This document shows positions 53,791-64,000 of a stretch of 64,000 bases of DNA, piece by piece. Each line of letters begins with the position of its first letter. Positions within the stretch are counted from its first letter, which is position 1. Location: assembly GCF_016026235.1 (NCBI RefSeq), contig NZ_CP065613.1; one strand, written 5' to 3'. The notes below the pieces were generated by a model. The model was not told the DNA's origin and did not search any database. It worked only from the letters and a program-made list of their open reading frames with translations. Origin of the DNA: Escherichia coli. GTDB lineage: Bacteria; Pseudomonadota; Gammaproteobacteria; Enterobacterales; Enterobacteriaceae. The translations under genes were made by a program, and so were the position numbers.

Positions 53791-54362
53791 GTAAAGCCAG
53801 ACGTTGGGTTATCATTGTGCTATCACTGGCGGTTCTGGTGATGATCGGCATTAATATGGCCGAAAAAGACGATACCGCCCAGGTGGTCGTCAACAACAAT
53901 GATCCCACCTATAAAAGCGAGCATACGGACACGCTCGTCTATAACCCAGAAGGGGCACTAAGCTATCGATTGATTGCTCAACACGTTGAATATTATTCCG
54001 ATCAGGCCGTTTCGTGGTTTACGCAGCCGGTACTTACCACGTTTGATAAGGATAAAATCCCGACATGGTCCGTAAAAGCAGATAAAGCCAAGCTGACCAA
54101 TGACCGGATGCTCTATTTATATGGACACGTTGAAGTCAACGCACTTGTGCCGGACTCTCAACTTCGCAGAATCACGACGGATAACGCGCAGATCAATCTG
54201 GTGACGCAGGATGTTACCTCTGAAGACCTCGTCACGTTATACGGAACAACATTTAACTCCAGCGGTCTGAAAATGCGCGGCAACTTACGCAGCAAGAACG
54301 CCGAGCTGATTGAAAAGGTTAGAACATCCTATGAAATTCAAAACAAACAAACTCAGCCTTAA
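53787..54362 (+). CDS. lptC: LPS export protein LptC
   Basis: 191 aa with an N-terminal transmembrane anchor; its start overlaps the kdsC stop. Confidence 0.95.
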   Translation: MSKARRWVIIVLSLAVLVMIGINMAEKDDTAQVVVNNNDPTYKSEHTDTLVYNPEGALSYRLIAQHVEYYSDQAVSWFTQPVLTTFDKDKIPTWSVKADKAKLTNDRMLYLYGHVEVNALVPDSQLRRITTDNAQINLVTQDVTSEDLVTLYGTTFNSSGLKMRGNLRSKNAELIEKVRTSYEIQNKQTQP

Positions 54363-54888
54363 TCTTGTGCTTGCCAGCTCACTTCTGGCCGCCAGCATTC
54401 CGGCATTTGCCGTAACCGGAGACACTGATCAGCCGATCCACATTGAATCGGACCAGCAATCTCTTGATATGCAAGGCAACGTGGTTACCTTTACCGGTAA
54501 TGTCATCGTCACCCAGGGCACCATCAAAATTAATGCCGACAAAGTGGTCGTTACCCGTCCGGGTGGCGAACAAGGTAAAGAAGTGATTGACGGCTACGGT
54601 AAACCGGCAACGTTCTACCAGATGCAGGACAACGGTAAACCCGTTGAAGGTCACGCTTCCCAGATGCACTACGAACTGGCAAAAGATTTTGTCGTTCTGA
54701 CGGGTAATGCTTATCTGCAGCAGGTCGATAGCAACATTAAGGGCGATAAGATCACTTACCTGGTGAAAGAGCAGAAAATGCAGGCTTTCAGCGACAAAGG
54801 CAAGCGCGTAACCACCGTTCTGGTGCCGTCGCAGCTGCAGGACAAAAACAACAAAGGCCAGACCCCGGCACAGAAGAAGGGTAATTAA
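54331..54888 (+). CDS. lptA: Periplasmic LPS transport protein LptA
   Basis: 185 aa from MKFKTNKLSLNLVLASSLLAASIPAFA; overlaps the lptC 3' end by 32 nt. Confidence 0.9.
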   Translation: MKFKTNKLSLNLVLASSLLAASIPAFAVTGDTDQPIHIESDQQSLDMQGNVVTFTGNVIVTQGTIKINADKVVVTRPGGEQGKEVIDGYGKPATFYQMQDNGKPVEGHASQMHYELAKDFVVLTGNAYLQQVDSNIKGDKITYLVKEQKMQAFSDKGKRVTTVLVPSQLQDKNNKGQTPAQKKGN

Positions 54889-54894
54889 TTCGTT

Positions 54895-55620
54895 ATGGCA
54901 ACATTAACTGCAAAGAACCTTGCAAAAGCCTATAAAGGCCGTCGCGTGGTAGAAGACGTCAGCCTGACCGTCAACTCTGGGGAAATTGTCGGTCTGCTGG
55001 GGCCAAACGGTGCCGGTAAGACCACCACTTTCTATATGGTTGTTGGCATTGTGCCGCGCGATGCGGGCAACATCATTATTGATGATGACGATATCAGTCT
55101 GCTGCCTCTGCATGCACGCGCGCGCCGCGGTATCGGATATCTGCCGCAGGAAGCCTCCATTTTCCGTCGCCTCAGCGTTTACGATAACCTGATGGCGGTA
55201 CTGCAAATTCGTGACGACTTGTCTGCTGAACAACGTGAAGACCGCGCGAACGAGCTGATGGAAGAGTTTCACATTGAGCACCTGCGTGACAGCATGGGGC
55301 AGTCACTCTCCGGGGGTGAACGTCGCCGTGTAGAAATTGCCCGCGCACTGGCTGCGAATCCGAAATTTATTCTGCTCGACGAACCGTTTGCCGGGGTTGA
55401 CCCGATCTCGGTTATCGACATTAAACGCATCATTGAGCACCTGCGCGACAGCGGCCTGGGCGTGCTGATCACTGACCACAACGTGCGTGAAACACTGGCG
55501 GTTTGTGAACGCGCTTATATCGTCAGTCAGGGGCATTTGATCGCCCACGGCACGCCTACAGAAATCTTACAAGACGAACACGTTAAGCGTGTATACCTTG
55601 GGGAAGACTTCAGACTCTGA
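54895..55620 (+). CDS. lptB: LPS export ABC ATPase LptB
   Basis: 241 aa; Walker A (GPNGAGKTT) and ABC signature (LSGGERRR). Confidence 0.95.
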
Positions 55621-55667
55621 TAGGGTAGAAGTTTGCGACGTTTTAGCAGGAGAGTACGATTCTGAAC

Positions 55668-57101
55668 ATGAAGCAAGGTTTGCAACTCAGGCTTAGCCAA
55701 CAACTGGCGATGACGCCACAGCTTCAACAGGCAATTCGTCTGTTGCAGTTGTCGACGCTGGAACTTCAGCAGGAGCTACAGCAGGCGCTGGAGAGTAATC
55801 CGCTGCTTGAGCAAATCGACACTCATGAAGAAATCGACACCCGCAAAACGCAAGACAGTGAAACGCTGGACACCGCCGACGCGCTCGAACAAAAAGAGAT
55901 GCCGGAAGAGCTGCCGCTCGATGCCAGTTGGGACACCATTTACACCGCTGGTACACCATCCGGCACCAGCGGTGACTACATTGACGACGAGCTACCGGTC
56001 TATCAGGGCGAAACGACGCAGACCTTGCAGGATTACCTGATGTGGCAGGTCGAGCTGACACCGTTTTCCGACACTGACCGCGCTATTGCTACCTCTATCG
56101 TCGATGCCGTTGATGACACCGGTTATCTGACTGTCCCGCTGGAAGATATTCTCGAAAGTATGGGCGATGAAGAGATCGACATCGACGAGGTTGAAGCCGT
56201 CCTTAAGCGGATCCAACGGTTTGATCCGGTCGGTGTGGCGGCAAAAGATCTGCGTGACTGCCTGCTGATCCAACTCTCCCAATTCGATAAAACCACGCCG
56301 TGGCTGGAAGAGGCCAGACTGATCATTAGCGATCATCTCGATCTGTTAGCCAATCACGACTTCCGCACTTTAATGCGCATCACGCGTCTGAAAGAAGATG
56401 TGCTGAAAGAAGCCGTCAATCTGATCCAGTCGCTCGATCCGCGCCCCGGGCAGTCGATCCAGACTGGCGAACCTGAGTATGTCATTCCAGATGTGCTGGT
56501 GCGTAAGCATAACGGTCACTGGACGGTAGAACTCAACAGTGACAGCATTCCGCGTCTGCAAATCAACCAGCACTACGCCTCGATGTGCAATAACGCGCGC
56601 AATGATGGTGACAGCCAGTTTATCCGCAGCAATCTGCAGGATGCCAAATGGTTGATCAAGAGTCTGGAAAGCCGTAACGATACGCTACTGCGCGTGAGTC
56701 GCTGTATCGTTGAACAGCAGCAAGCCTTCTTTGAGCAAGGCGAAGAATATATGAAACCGATGGTACTGGCCGATATCGCCCAGGCTGTCGAAATGCATGA
56801 ATCGACGATATCTCGCGTGACCACGCAAAAATACCTGCATAGTCCACGAGGCATTTTTGAACTGAAGTATTTCTTTTCCAGTCACGTCAATACCGAGGGC
56901 GGCGGCGAAGCTTCCTCCACGGCGATTCGTGCGCTGGTGAAGAAATTAATCGCGGCGGAAAACCCAGCGAAACCGTTGAGCGACAGCAAGTTAACCTCTT
57001 TGCTGTCGGAACAAGGTATCATGGTGGCACGCCGCACTGTTGCGAAGTACCGAGAGTCTTTATCCATTCCGCCGTCAAACCAGCGTAAACAGCTCGTTTG
57101 A
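55668..57101 (+). CDS. rpoN: RNA polymerase sigma-54 factor
   Basis: 477 aa with a Gln/Leu-rich N-terminus and the C-terminal RpoN-box region. Confidence 0.95.
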   Translation: MKQGLQLRLSQQLAMTPQLQQAIRLLQLSTLELQQELQQALESNPLLEQIDTHEEIDTRKTQDSETLDTADALEQKEMPEELPLDASWDTIYTAGTPSGTSGDYIDDELPVYQGETTQTLQDYLMWQVELTPFSDTDRAIATSIVDAVDDTGYLTVPLEDILESMGDEEIDIDEVEAVLKRIQRFDPVGVAAKDLRDCLLIQLSQFDKTTPWLEEARLIISDHLDLLANHDFRTLMRITRLKEDVLKEAVNLIQSLDPRPGQSIQTGEPEYVIPDVLVRKHNGHWTVELNSDSIPRLQINQHYASMCNNARNDGDSQFIRSNLQDAKWLIKSLESRNDTLLRVSRCIVEQQQAFFEQGEEYMKPMVLADIAQAVEMHESTISRVTTQKYLHSPRGIFELKYFFSSHVNTEGGGEASSTAIRALVKKLIAAENPAKPLSDSKLTSLLSEQGIMVARRTVAKYRESLSIPPSNQRKQLV

Positions 57102-57123
57102 CCCAACCGATAAGGAAGACACT

Positions 57124-57411
57124 ATGCAGCTCAACATTACCGGAAATAACGTCGAGATCACCGAGGCACTGCGCGAATTTGTTACAGCCAAATTTGCCAA
57201 ACTTGAGCAATATTTTGACCGAATCAACCAGGTCTATGTTGTTCTGAAAGTGGAGAAAGTCACCCACACCTCAGATGCAACACTGCATGTAAACGGTGGT
57301 GAAATTCATGCCAGCGCGGAAGGTCAGGACATGTACGCTGCCATTGATGGCTTAATTGATAAGCTGGCACGCCAGTTGACCAAACATAAAGATAAACTGA
57401 AACAACACTAA
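57124..57411 (+). CDS. hpf: Ribosome hibernation promoting factor
   Basis: 95 aa from MQLNITGNNVEITEALREFV. Confidence 0.9.
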   Translation: MQLNITGNNVEITEALREFVTAKFAKLEQYFDRINQVYVVLKVEKVTHTSDATLHVNGGEIHASAEGQDMYAAIDGLIDKLARQLTKHKDKLKQH

Positions 57412-57528
57412 TTGTCCGGGCAATTAGCATGTGCATGGCGGCCTGTTGTGCGGCACAACGGGCCATTTGTACGGTTAATGCTCCGAGCCTGTTCCACTGT
57501 TTGAGTGGGCAGGTTCTTAGGTGAAATT

Positions 57529-58020
57529 ATGACAAATAATGATACAACTCTACAGCTTAGCAGTGTTCTTAACAGGGAATGTACGCGAAGCCGCGTCCAC
57601 TGTCAGAGCAAAAAACGCGCCCTGGAAATCATCAGCGAGCTGGCGGCGAAACAACTTAGCCTGCCGCCTCAGGTGGTTTTTGAAGCTATCCTGACGCGGG
57701 AAAAAATGGGCAGTACCGGTATCGGCAATGGTATTGCCATTCCGCATGGCAAACTGGAAGAAGATACTCTGCGTGCCGTTGGCGTTTTCGTTCAGCTCGA
57801 AACGCCTATAGCTTTCGATGCCATCGACAACCAACCGGTGGACTTACTTTTTGCCCTGCTGGTGCCGGCAGACCAAACTAAAACGCACCTGCATACTCTG
57901 TCGCTGGTGGCGAAACGTCTGGCGGACAAAACCATCTGCCGCCGTTTACGCGCAGCCCAGAGCGATGAAGAGCTGTATCAAATCATTACGGATACCGAAG
58001 GTACTCCGGATGAAGCGTAG
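57529..58020 (+). CDS. ptsN: Nitrogen-PTS EIIA-Ntr
   Basis: 163 aa from MTNNDTTLQLSSVL; phosphorylatable His in the GIAIPHG motif. Confidence 0.9.
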   Translation: MTNNDTTLQLSSVLNRECTRSRVHCQSKKRALEIISELAAKQLSLPPQVVFEAILTREKMGSTGIGNGIAIPHGKLEEDTLRAVGVFVQLETPIAFDAIDNQPVDLLFALLVPADQTKTHLHTLSLVAKRLADKTICRRLRAAQSDEELYQIITDTEGTPDEA

Positions 58021-58065
58021 TTATTCGGTAATGTCTCTTTTAGACGTTGTGAGGAGAAACAGTAC

Positions 58066-58920
58066 ATGGTACTGATGATCGTCAGCGGACGTTCAGGTTC
58101 AGGTAAATCTGTCGCCCTGCGTGCGCTGGAAGATATGGGTTTTTACTGCGTGGATAACCTTCCCGTAGTGTTGTTACCCGATCTGGCTCGAACCCTGGCC
58201 GATCGCGAGATTTCTGCCGCCGTCAGCATTGATGTTCGTAATATGCCGGAGTCACCAGAAATATTCGAACAGGCGATGAGTAACCTGCCTGACGCTTTCT
58301 CACCGCAACTCCTGTTCCTGGATGCCGACCGTAATACCTTAATTCGTCGTTACAGTGACACGCGCCGACTGCATCCGCTTTCCAGCAAAAACCTGTCGCT
58401 GGAAAGTGCTATCGACAAAGAAAGCGATCTGCTGGAGCCTCTGCGTTCGCGAGCGGATCTGATTGTCGATACCTCAGAAATGTCCGTTCACGAGCTGGCA
58501 GAAATGCTGCGTACCCGTCTGCTGGGTAAACGTGAACGCGAACTGACCATGGTCTTTGAGTCTTTCGGCTTCAAACACGGTATCCCTATCGATGCAGATT
58601 ACGTCTTTGACGTGCGCTTCTTGCCGAACCCGCACTGGGATCCGAAACTGCGTCCAATGACAGGTCTTGATAAGCCTGTCGCCGCGTTCCTCGACCGCCA
58701 CACAGAAGTACACAATTTTATCTACCAGACGCGAAGCTATCTTGAGCTATGGTTACCTATGCTGGAAACCAACAACCGTAGCTACCTGACGGTCGCCATT
58801 GGTTGTACCGGCGGGAAGCACCGTTCGGTGTATATTGCAGAGCAACTGGCTGACTACTTCCGCTCGCGCGGTAAAAACGTCCAGTCACGCCATCGTACGC
58901 TGGAAAAACGTAAACCATGA
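58066..58920 (+). CDS. rapZ: RNase adaptor protein RapZ
   Basis: 284 aa with an N-terminal Walker A (SGRSGSGKS). Confidence 0.95.
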
Positions 58921-59189
58921 CCGTCAAGCAAACTGTTGAAATCACAAACAAGCTGGGCATGCATGCCCGGCCTGCAATGAAGCTGTTTGAATTAATGCAG
59001 GGTTTTGACGCTGAAGTGCTGTTACGTAATGACGAAGGCACCGAGGCTGAAGCCAACAGCGTTATTGCGCTGCTGATGTTGGATTCTGCCAAAGGGCGGC
59101 AGATTGAAGTTGAAGCGACCGGTCCACAGGAAGAGGAAGCACTGGCCGCCGTTATCGCCCTCTTTAATTCTGGTTTTGATGAAGATTAA
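58917..59189 (+). CDS. npr: Nitrogen-PTS phosphocarrier NPr
   Basis: 90 aa HPr-like protein (GMHARPA); its start overlaps the rapZ stop. Confidence 0.95.
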
Positions 59190-59335
59190 TCTTCATCACT
59201 TTGACATACAACTCCCTTCAAACTCCCCCCGACAATAAGAAAATCACGTACTGAAATCGTTCTCAATCAACGTCAATTGTACATTTCGTGCGCTTTTTAC
59301 TTTCAGAAGAACCTTAAGAAAACCTTAAGAAGCAT

Positions 59336-59352
59336 TGTTTAGGTTTCGTTTA
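59336..59352 (+). promoter_or_regulatory. Candidate PhoP box in the yrbL promoter
   Basis: TGTTTA-ggttt-CGTTTA is a direct hexamer repeat with 5-nt spacing, 12 nt upstream of a -10-like catact and about 50 nt upstream of the yrbL ATG. Confidence 0.5.
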
Positions 59353-59402
59353 AGTTAATCGACCATACTGGAGATCGTCAGAAAATATTTCCAGGAGATG
59401 GC

Positions 59403-60035
59403 ATGATTCGCTTATCTGAACAAAGTCCCCTGGGCACCGGAAGACATCGGAAATGTTATGCGCATCCGGAAGATGCCCAACGCTGTATCAAGATTGTCTA
59501 CCATCGTGGCGATGGTGGCGATAAAGAGATCCGTCGTGAGTTAAAGTACTACGCGCATCTTGGTCGCCGGTTAAAAGACTGGAGTGGAATACCGCGCTAT
59601 CACGGTACCGTTGAGACGGATTGCGGAACCGGTTATGTCTACGATGTGATTGCCGATTTTGACGGCAAGCCCTCCATTACGCTGACCGAATTTGCTGAAC
59701 AATGCCGTTACGAAGAAGACGTTGCACAACTGCGCCAGTTACTGAAACAGCTGAAGCGTTATTTGCAGGATAACCGTATCGTGACGATGTCGCTGAAGCC
59801 GCAGAATATCCTCTGTCACCGCATTAGTGAGTCAGAGGTTATCCCCGTCGTCTGCGACAACATTGGTGAAAGCACATTGATTCCACTGGCGACCTGGTCA
59901 AAGTGGTGTTGTCTGCGTAAGCAAGAGCGGTTGTGGAAACGATTTATCGCCCAACCGGCGCTGGCTATTGCCCTGCAGAAAGATCTGCAACCTCGTGAGA
60001 GCAAAACGCTGGCCCTCGCTTCGCGCGAAGCTTAA
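59403..60035 (+). CDS. yrbL: PhoP-regulon protein YrbL
   Basis: 210 aa, [33 protein letters not shown]. Confidence 0.9.
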   Translation: MIRLSEQSPLGTGRHRKCYAHPEDAQRCIKIVYHRGDGGDKEIRRELKYYAHLGRRLKDWSGIPRYHGTVETDCGTGYVYDVIADFDGKPSITLTEFAEQCRYEEDVAQLRQLLKQLKRYLQDNRIVTMSLKPQNILCHRISESEVIPVVCDNIGESTLIPLATWSKWCCLRKQERLWKRFIAQPALAIALQKDLQPRESKTLALASREA

Positions 60036-60760
60036 TCCAGCTGGTGTTGTTGCATAAACGGCTCACCGCCTAACTGATACATCTGCCGTAAAATCCACGC
60101 CTGACGGCTGCGCACGTAGCCCGATGGCGCGGAGACTTTGAAACGAAGTGGATTAGGTAATACAGCTGCCAGTAAGGCAGCTTCCGATCGGGTAAGTTTG
60201 CTCGCGGGTTTGTGGAAATAACGTTGTGCCGCAGCTTCGACGCCAAACACACCGTCGCCAAATTCGGCGATATTCAGGTAAACCGTCAGGATACGCTTTT
60301 TGCTCCAGACAGTTTCTATCCCCAGCGTTAATCCGGCTTCCAGCCCTTTTCGAACCCAGCTACGCCCATCCCATAAAAAGAGATTTTTGGCTGTCTGTTG
60401 AGAAATCGTTGAAGCACCGCGAATACGGTTTTCATTGCGCTCATTGTGCGCCAGGGCTTTCTCAATGGAAGCGACATCAAAGCCCCAGTGCTCAGGAAAT
60501 TTCTGATCTTCTGCGGCAATCACCGCCAGTCCCATCCACGGCGAGATTTGATCCATACTGACCCAGTCAGAATGTGCCACGTAACGAAAATTGCCATGCA
60601 GCCAGGCGCTGACCTGTCGCTCGACCATTACCGCTGAGAAGGGAACAGGCGCAACGCTAAACAACGCGATGCCCCCGCCCCAGTAAACGGCGAGGACAAC
60701 CATTAACCGCAGAAGAAAACGGCGAACAAAACTAAACACCGTTAAGCGGCTTTTACTCAT
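60032..60760 (-). CDS. mtgA: Monofunctional peptidoglycan glycosyltransferase
   Basis: 242 aa; GT51 motifs ([10 protein letters not shown] and RGASTISQQ). Confidence 0.95.
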   Translation of the reverse strand: MSKSRLTVFSFVRRFLLRLMVVLAVYWGGGIALFSVAPVPFSAVMVERQVSAWLHGNFRYVAHSDWVSMDQISPWMGLAVIAAEDQKFPEHWGFDVASIEKALAHNERNENRIRGASTISQQTAKNLFLWDGRSWVRKGLEAGLTLGIETVWSKKRILTVYLNIAEFGDGVFGVEAAAQRYFHKPASKLTRSEAALLAAVLPNPLRFKVSAPSGYVRSRQAWILRQMYQLGGEPFMQQHQLD

Positions 60761-61410
60761 TCAGCCAGAACCAGCACACGGGCAACCAGCTTATCAATGC
60801 CGCTCGCCGCTTCTGCAATGTTCTGCGCCAGCATATATGCTGGGGTGGTGACAATCTTATTGTCTTCATCAACCACGATATCATCGACAGGACACGGCAC
60901 ATGCTCCGCGCCCATCTCTTCCAGCACTTCTGCGGTATCGATATCAGTACCGATGGTCAAACGCAGCGGGAAATCGAAAATTTTCGGCAGCATCGCCGGG
61001 GCAATACACATAAAACCAAGCGGTTTTCCGGCCTGATGCATCGCTTGTGCCAGCGCCTTTAATTCACGGTCAACGGTGCATTCGCGACCAAGACTGGCAA
61101 AATTACTTAAATTCTTTGCCGCGCCAAACCCCCCCGGCACAATCAACGCATCCAGTTCAGCGGCATCGGCCTGGGCCAGAGGACGGATTTCACCGCGCGT
61201 TATTCGTGCCGCTTCAATCAGCACATTGCGCGTATCCGTCATCGCTTCGCCAGTTAAATGATTGATAACATCAACCTGCTGCTTATCAGGTGCAAAGCAG
61301 ACCGCCTGCGCACCGCTGCGTGAAATAGCTAACAACGTCAACACCGCTTCATGAATTTCAGAACCGTCATAGACGCCGCATCCGCTCAGAATTACGCCAA
61401 TTTTCTTCAT
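60757..61410 (-). CDS. elbB: DJ-1/PfpI family glyoxalase ElbB
   Basis: 217 aa from [24 protein letters not shown]. Confidence 0.9.
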   Translation of the reverse strand: MKKIGVILSGCGVYDGSEIHEAVLTLLAISRSGAQAVCFAPDKQQVDVINHLTGEAMTDTRNVLIEAARITRGEIRPLAQADAAELDALIVPGGFGAAKNLSNFASLGRECTVDRELKALAQAMHQAGKPLGFMCIAPAMLPKIFDFPLRLTIGTDIDTAEVLEEMGAEHVPCPVDDIVVDEDNKIVTTPAYMLAQNIAEAASGIDKLVARVLVLAE

Positions 61411-61526
61411 TGTGATCATCCTTTCGCAATTGACTGAAACACATTAATTTTTTTAATAAAAATGGTACGCATCACACATTTAACTGATTCATGTAACAAA
61501 TCATTTAAGTTTTGCTATCTTAACTG

Positions 61527-61647
61527 CGTGCGGCCTGAAAAACAGTGCTGTGCCCTTGTAACTCATCATAATAATTTACGGCGCAGCCAAGATTTCCCTG
61601 GTGTTGGCGCAGTATTCGCGCACCCCGGTCTAGCCGGGGTCATTTTT
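61527..61647 (+). ncRNA. arcZ: Hfq-dependent small RNA ArcZ
   Basis: GTGCGGCCTGAAAAACAGTGCTGTGCCC...CACCCCGGTCTAGCCGGGGTCATTTTTT matches the ArcZ sequence as I remember it; its terminator overlaps the arcB stop on the opposite strand. Confidence 0.85.
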
Positions 61648-63976
61648 TAGTGGCTTTTGCCACCCACGCTTTCAGCACTTCTACGTCGTGACGCCACTCT
61701 TCTTTCATCTCTTCAATCCATTCACCGACGTTATCTTCCCAGGCAGGAAGGTCAGGAGACTGAATTTGCTGACCCAGCTGTTGCAGATGGCGTAACCCCA
61801 CTGACCCCGCCGCACCTTTAATTTTATGTCCTTCCTCAACAATGCCTTTTTTATCCTGCGCCGTCAGATTCGACTCCAGCACGCTGACATAGCCCGGCAT
61901 CATCTTCTCAAACACCGCTAACCCGTCGGTGATCAGCTTCGGTCCTACAAGTTCGAGATACTGTTCCAGCATGGGAATATCGAGCAATGCTTCTGATTTA
62001 CTGTTCTCTTCTGTCGTCACCGTACTCTCCTCATCATCCTGGGTATCCCAGAATTTCTTGATCATCGCGGTTAGCGCCGGAACAGAAAGCGGCTTACTCA
62101 GCACATCATCCATTCCAGCATTGAGGTACTCTTGTTTGTCTTTCAGCACGTTAGCGGTTAAGGCCACCAGCGGCGGTAAATCCTCTCGCGGATAACGCTT
62201 CGTCAGTTCACGAGAGATATCCAGCCCGGTCATATCTGGCAACTGAATATCCAGTAACACCAGGTCGTATTCGCCCGGTTTAAACATCTCTAGCGCCGCC
62301 TTGCCGGTCATGGCGACATCAACGCTGTTACCTAATTTTTCCAGCACAGAACGCGCGACAATCACGTTCAGTTCAATGTCTTCCACCAGTAGCACATTCA
62401 GCGCCGGTAAAGGCATATCGTCTTCATCAAACGCATCATCGACCTCTTCTGCCACCGACGGTGCGTGGATCGTCAACGTAAAGGTTGAACCTTTGCCCTG
62501 TTCGCTGGTAACCGTAATATCGCCACCCATATTTTTCGCCAGACGACGAGAAACGGCCAGACCAATACCGGTGCCGGTGGCAGGTTTACCGCCATGACTG
62601 TCTTTCACCTGGTAATACATGGCGAAGATTTTATCCAGCTCATCCTGCGGAATGCCGATACCAGAATCTTCCACTTCAAAATGCAGCATATCGCCTTCAT
62701 CGTAGCGCACGCGCACGGTAACCTGGCCTTGCTGGGTGAATTTGACGGCGTTACTGATGAGGTTCCACAGGATCTGCCGTAAACGCGTCCCGTCGGTAAT
62801 GACCTGATGCGGTAATGGCAGCGTAGGCTCCAGGTTAAAGCGCAATCCTTTTTGTTGCGCCTGCAATGCGGAGAGATTTTCCAGATCGGCAAGGAAGCTG
62901 GTGAAATCAACCGGCTGATTATCAAGCTGGACCTTGCGCCGTTCCATCTTATCCATGTCGATAATATCGTTAAAGATATTCCCCAGCGTGACGGCCGAAA
63001 CATGGATAGTTTTGAGATATTTTTCCTGCTCGGCGGTGAGTTCGGTATCCAGCAGAATGCGGCTCAGGCCGACGATACCGTTCAGCGGTGTACGCAATTC
63101 GTGACTGATGGTGGAGATAAACGTCGTTTTGTCGCGGCTGGCCCGTTCAAGCGCATCCTGATACCGCTTACGCTCGGTAATGTCGCGACCAAAGCCCATC
63201 AAACCGTGACGTTTACCCACGCGGTCGTAGTACGGCACTTTACGGATTTCAAAGCAGGCTTTGCGCCCGTCCGGGTAATCCAGCCACTGTTCATAGGTCA
63301 GTGACACATTATGACGGAACACTTTTTCATCGGTTTCAATGACTTTCGCAGCGGCTTCCGGTGAGTAAACATCAGCAGGTTTCAGATGAACCAGTTGTTT
63401 TTCGCTTTTTCCGGTCAGCAGCTCCATCGCGCGGTTACAGCCGGAAAACTCTTTATCTTCGTTACGATAAAAAACCAGGTCGGGTGAAGCATCAAGGAAG
63501 GAACGTAAGAATGAGGATTGCTGCTCGAGCTGAATTTGTGTCTCTTCGCGCTCTTTGATTTCAATTTTCAGTTGGCCGAAGGTTTCCTGCAGTTCTGCTT
63601 CCGCTTTTTCACGAACGGCAATTTCCTGATTTAGCTGGGCAATATTATCTTTTAACTGAACGTTGAGGCTCAAATCGCGCTCGCGCATCTCCTCCAGTTT
63701 TTGCACCAGCCGTGACAGACGTTGTCGTGACTCCTCCAGTTGCTCGACGACCACCGATAGAAAGTAGACCGCCCACGGCGTAATCAGCAAACCAAAGAAG
63801 ATAGAACGAATAACATCAATGCTTTCGACCTGACCATGCAGCACCATGGTTACCGCCATTTGTACCACAATGGCAAGAACGACGAGGGCCAGCGCCAGCA
63901 ACATTGAGAAGCGCACCAGACCTAACTTCATCATCAGGTCAACATAATACTGCGCCAGCAGACGAATTTGCTTCAT
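61640..63976 (-). CDS. arcB: Aerobic respiration control sensor kinase ArcB
   Basis: 778 aa; transmembrane, PAS, HisKA (H-box SHELRTPLN), receiver and HPt domains. Confidence 0.95.
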   Translation of the reverse strand: MKQIRLLAQYYVDLMMKLGLVRFSMLLALALVVLAIVVQMAVTMVLHGQVESIDVIRSIFFGLLITPWAVYFLSVVVEQLEESRQRLSRLVQKLEEMRERDLSLNVQLKDNIAQLNQEIAVREKAEAELQETFGQLKIEIKEREETQIQLEQQSSFLRSFLDASPDLVFYRNEDKEFSGCNRAMELLTGKSEKQLVHLKPADVYSPEAAAKVIETDEKVFRHNVSLTYEQWLDYPDGRKACFEIRKVPYYDRVGKRHGLMGFGRDITERKRYQDALERASRDKTTFISTISHELRTPLNGIVGLSRILLDTELTAEQEKYLKTIHVSAVTLGNIFNDIIDMDKMERRKVQLDNQPVDFTSFLADLENLSALQAQQKGLRFNLEPTLPLPHQVITDGTRLRQILWNLISNAVKFTQQGQVTVRVRYDEGDMLHFEVEDSGIGIPQDELDKIFAMYYQVKDSHGGKPATGTGIGLAVSRRLAKNMGGDITVTSEQGKGSTFTLTIHAPSVAEEVDDAFDEDDMPLPALNVLLVEDIELNVIVARSVLEKLGNSVDVAMTGKAALEMFKPGEYDLVLLDIQLPDMTGLDISRELTKRYPREDLPPLVALTANVLKDKQEYLNAGMDDVLSKPLSVPALTAMIKKFWDTQDDEESTVTTEENSKSEALLDIPMLEQYLELVGPKLITDGLAVFEKMMPGYVSVLESNLTAQDKKGIVEEGHKIKGAAGSVGLRHLQQLGQQIQSPDLPAWEDNVGEWIEEMKEEWRHDVEVLKAWVAKATKK

Positions 63977-64000
63977 TAGGGAATTCCTTCACGACAACCT

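Overview
This window reads as Escherichia coli chromosome, collinear with the K-12 yraJ to arcB region (b3144 to b3210), and is almost entirely conserved core genome. Recognised by reading the translated ORFs against remembered protein families: a cryptic fimbrial usher/adhesin pair, rsmI, lpoA, diaA, dolP, the O2-independent ubiquinone genes ubiT/ubiU/ubiV, mtr, deaD, nlpI, pnp, rpsO, truB, rbfA, infB, nusA, rimP, tRNA-fMet, argG, tRNA-Leu, secG, glmM, folP, ftsH, rlmE, greA, dacB, obgE, rpmA, rplU, ispB, murA, the mla operon, kdsDC, lptCAB, rpoN, hpf, ptsN, rapZ, npr, yrbL, mtgA, elbB, the sRNA ArcZ and arcB. Two places depart from the K-12 layout I remember. First, a low-GC single-gene islet of about 1.1 kb between argG and tRNA-Leu (30566-31725) carries an uncharacterised 317-aa protein with an N-terminal XRE-type helix-turn-helix, where K-12 has yhbX; this is the best candidate for something undescribed, but its function is unknown. 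Second, a complete IS4 copy (40083-41507) sits inside the shared terminator hairpin of the convergent dacB and obgE genes, with 13-bp target duplications and a transposase split by a 1-nt frameshift. I see no CRISPR array, prophage, integrase or multi-gene defence island. No searches were run; all calls rest on reading the sequence and memory of gene families, and start codons were chosen by comparison with remembered K-12 protein lengths.
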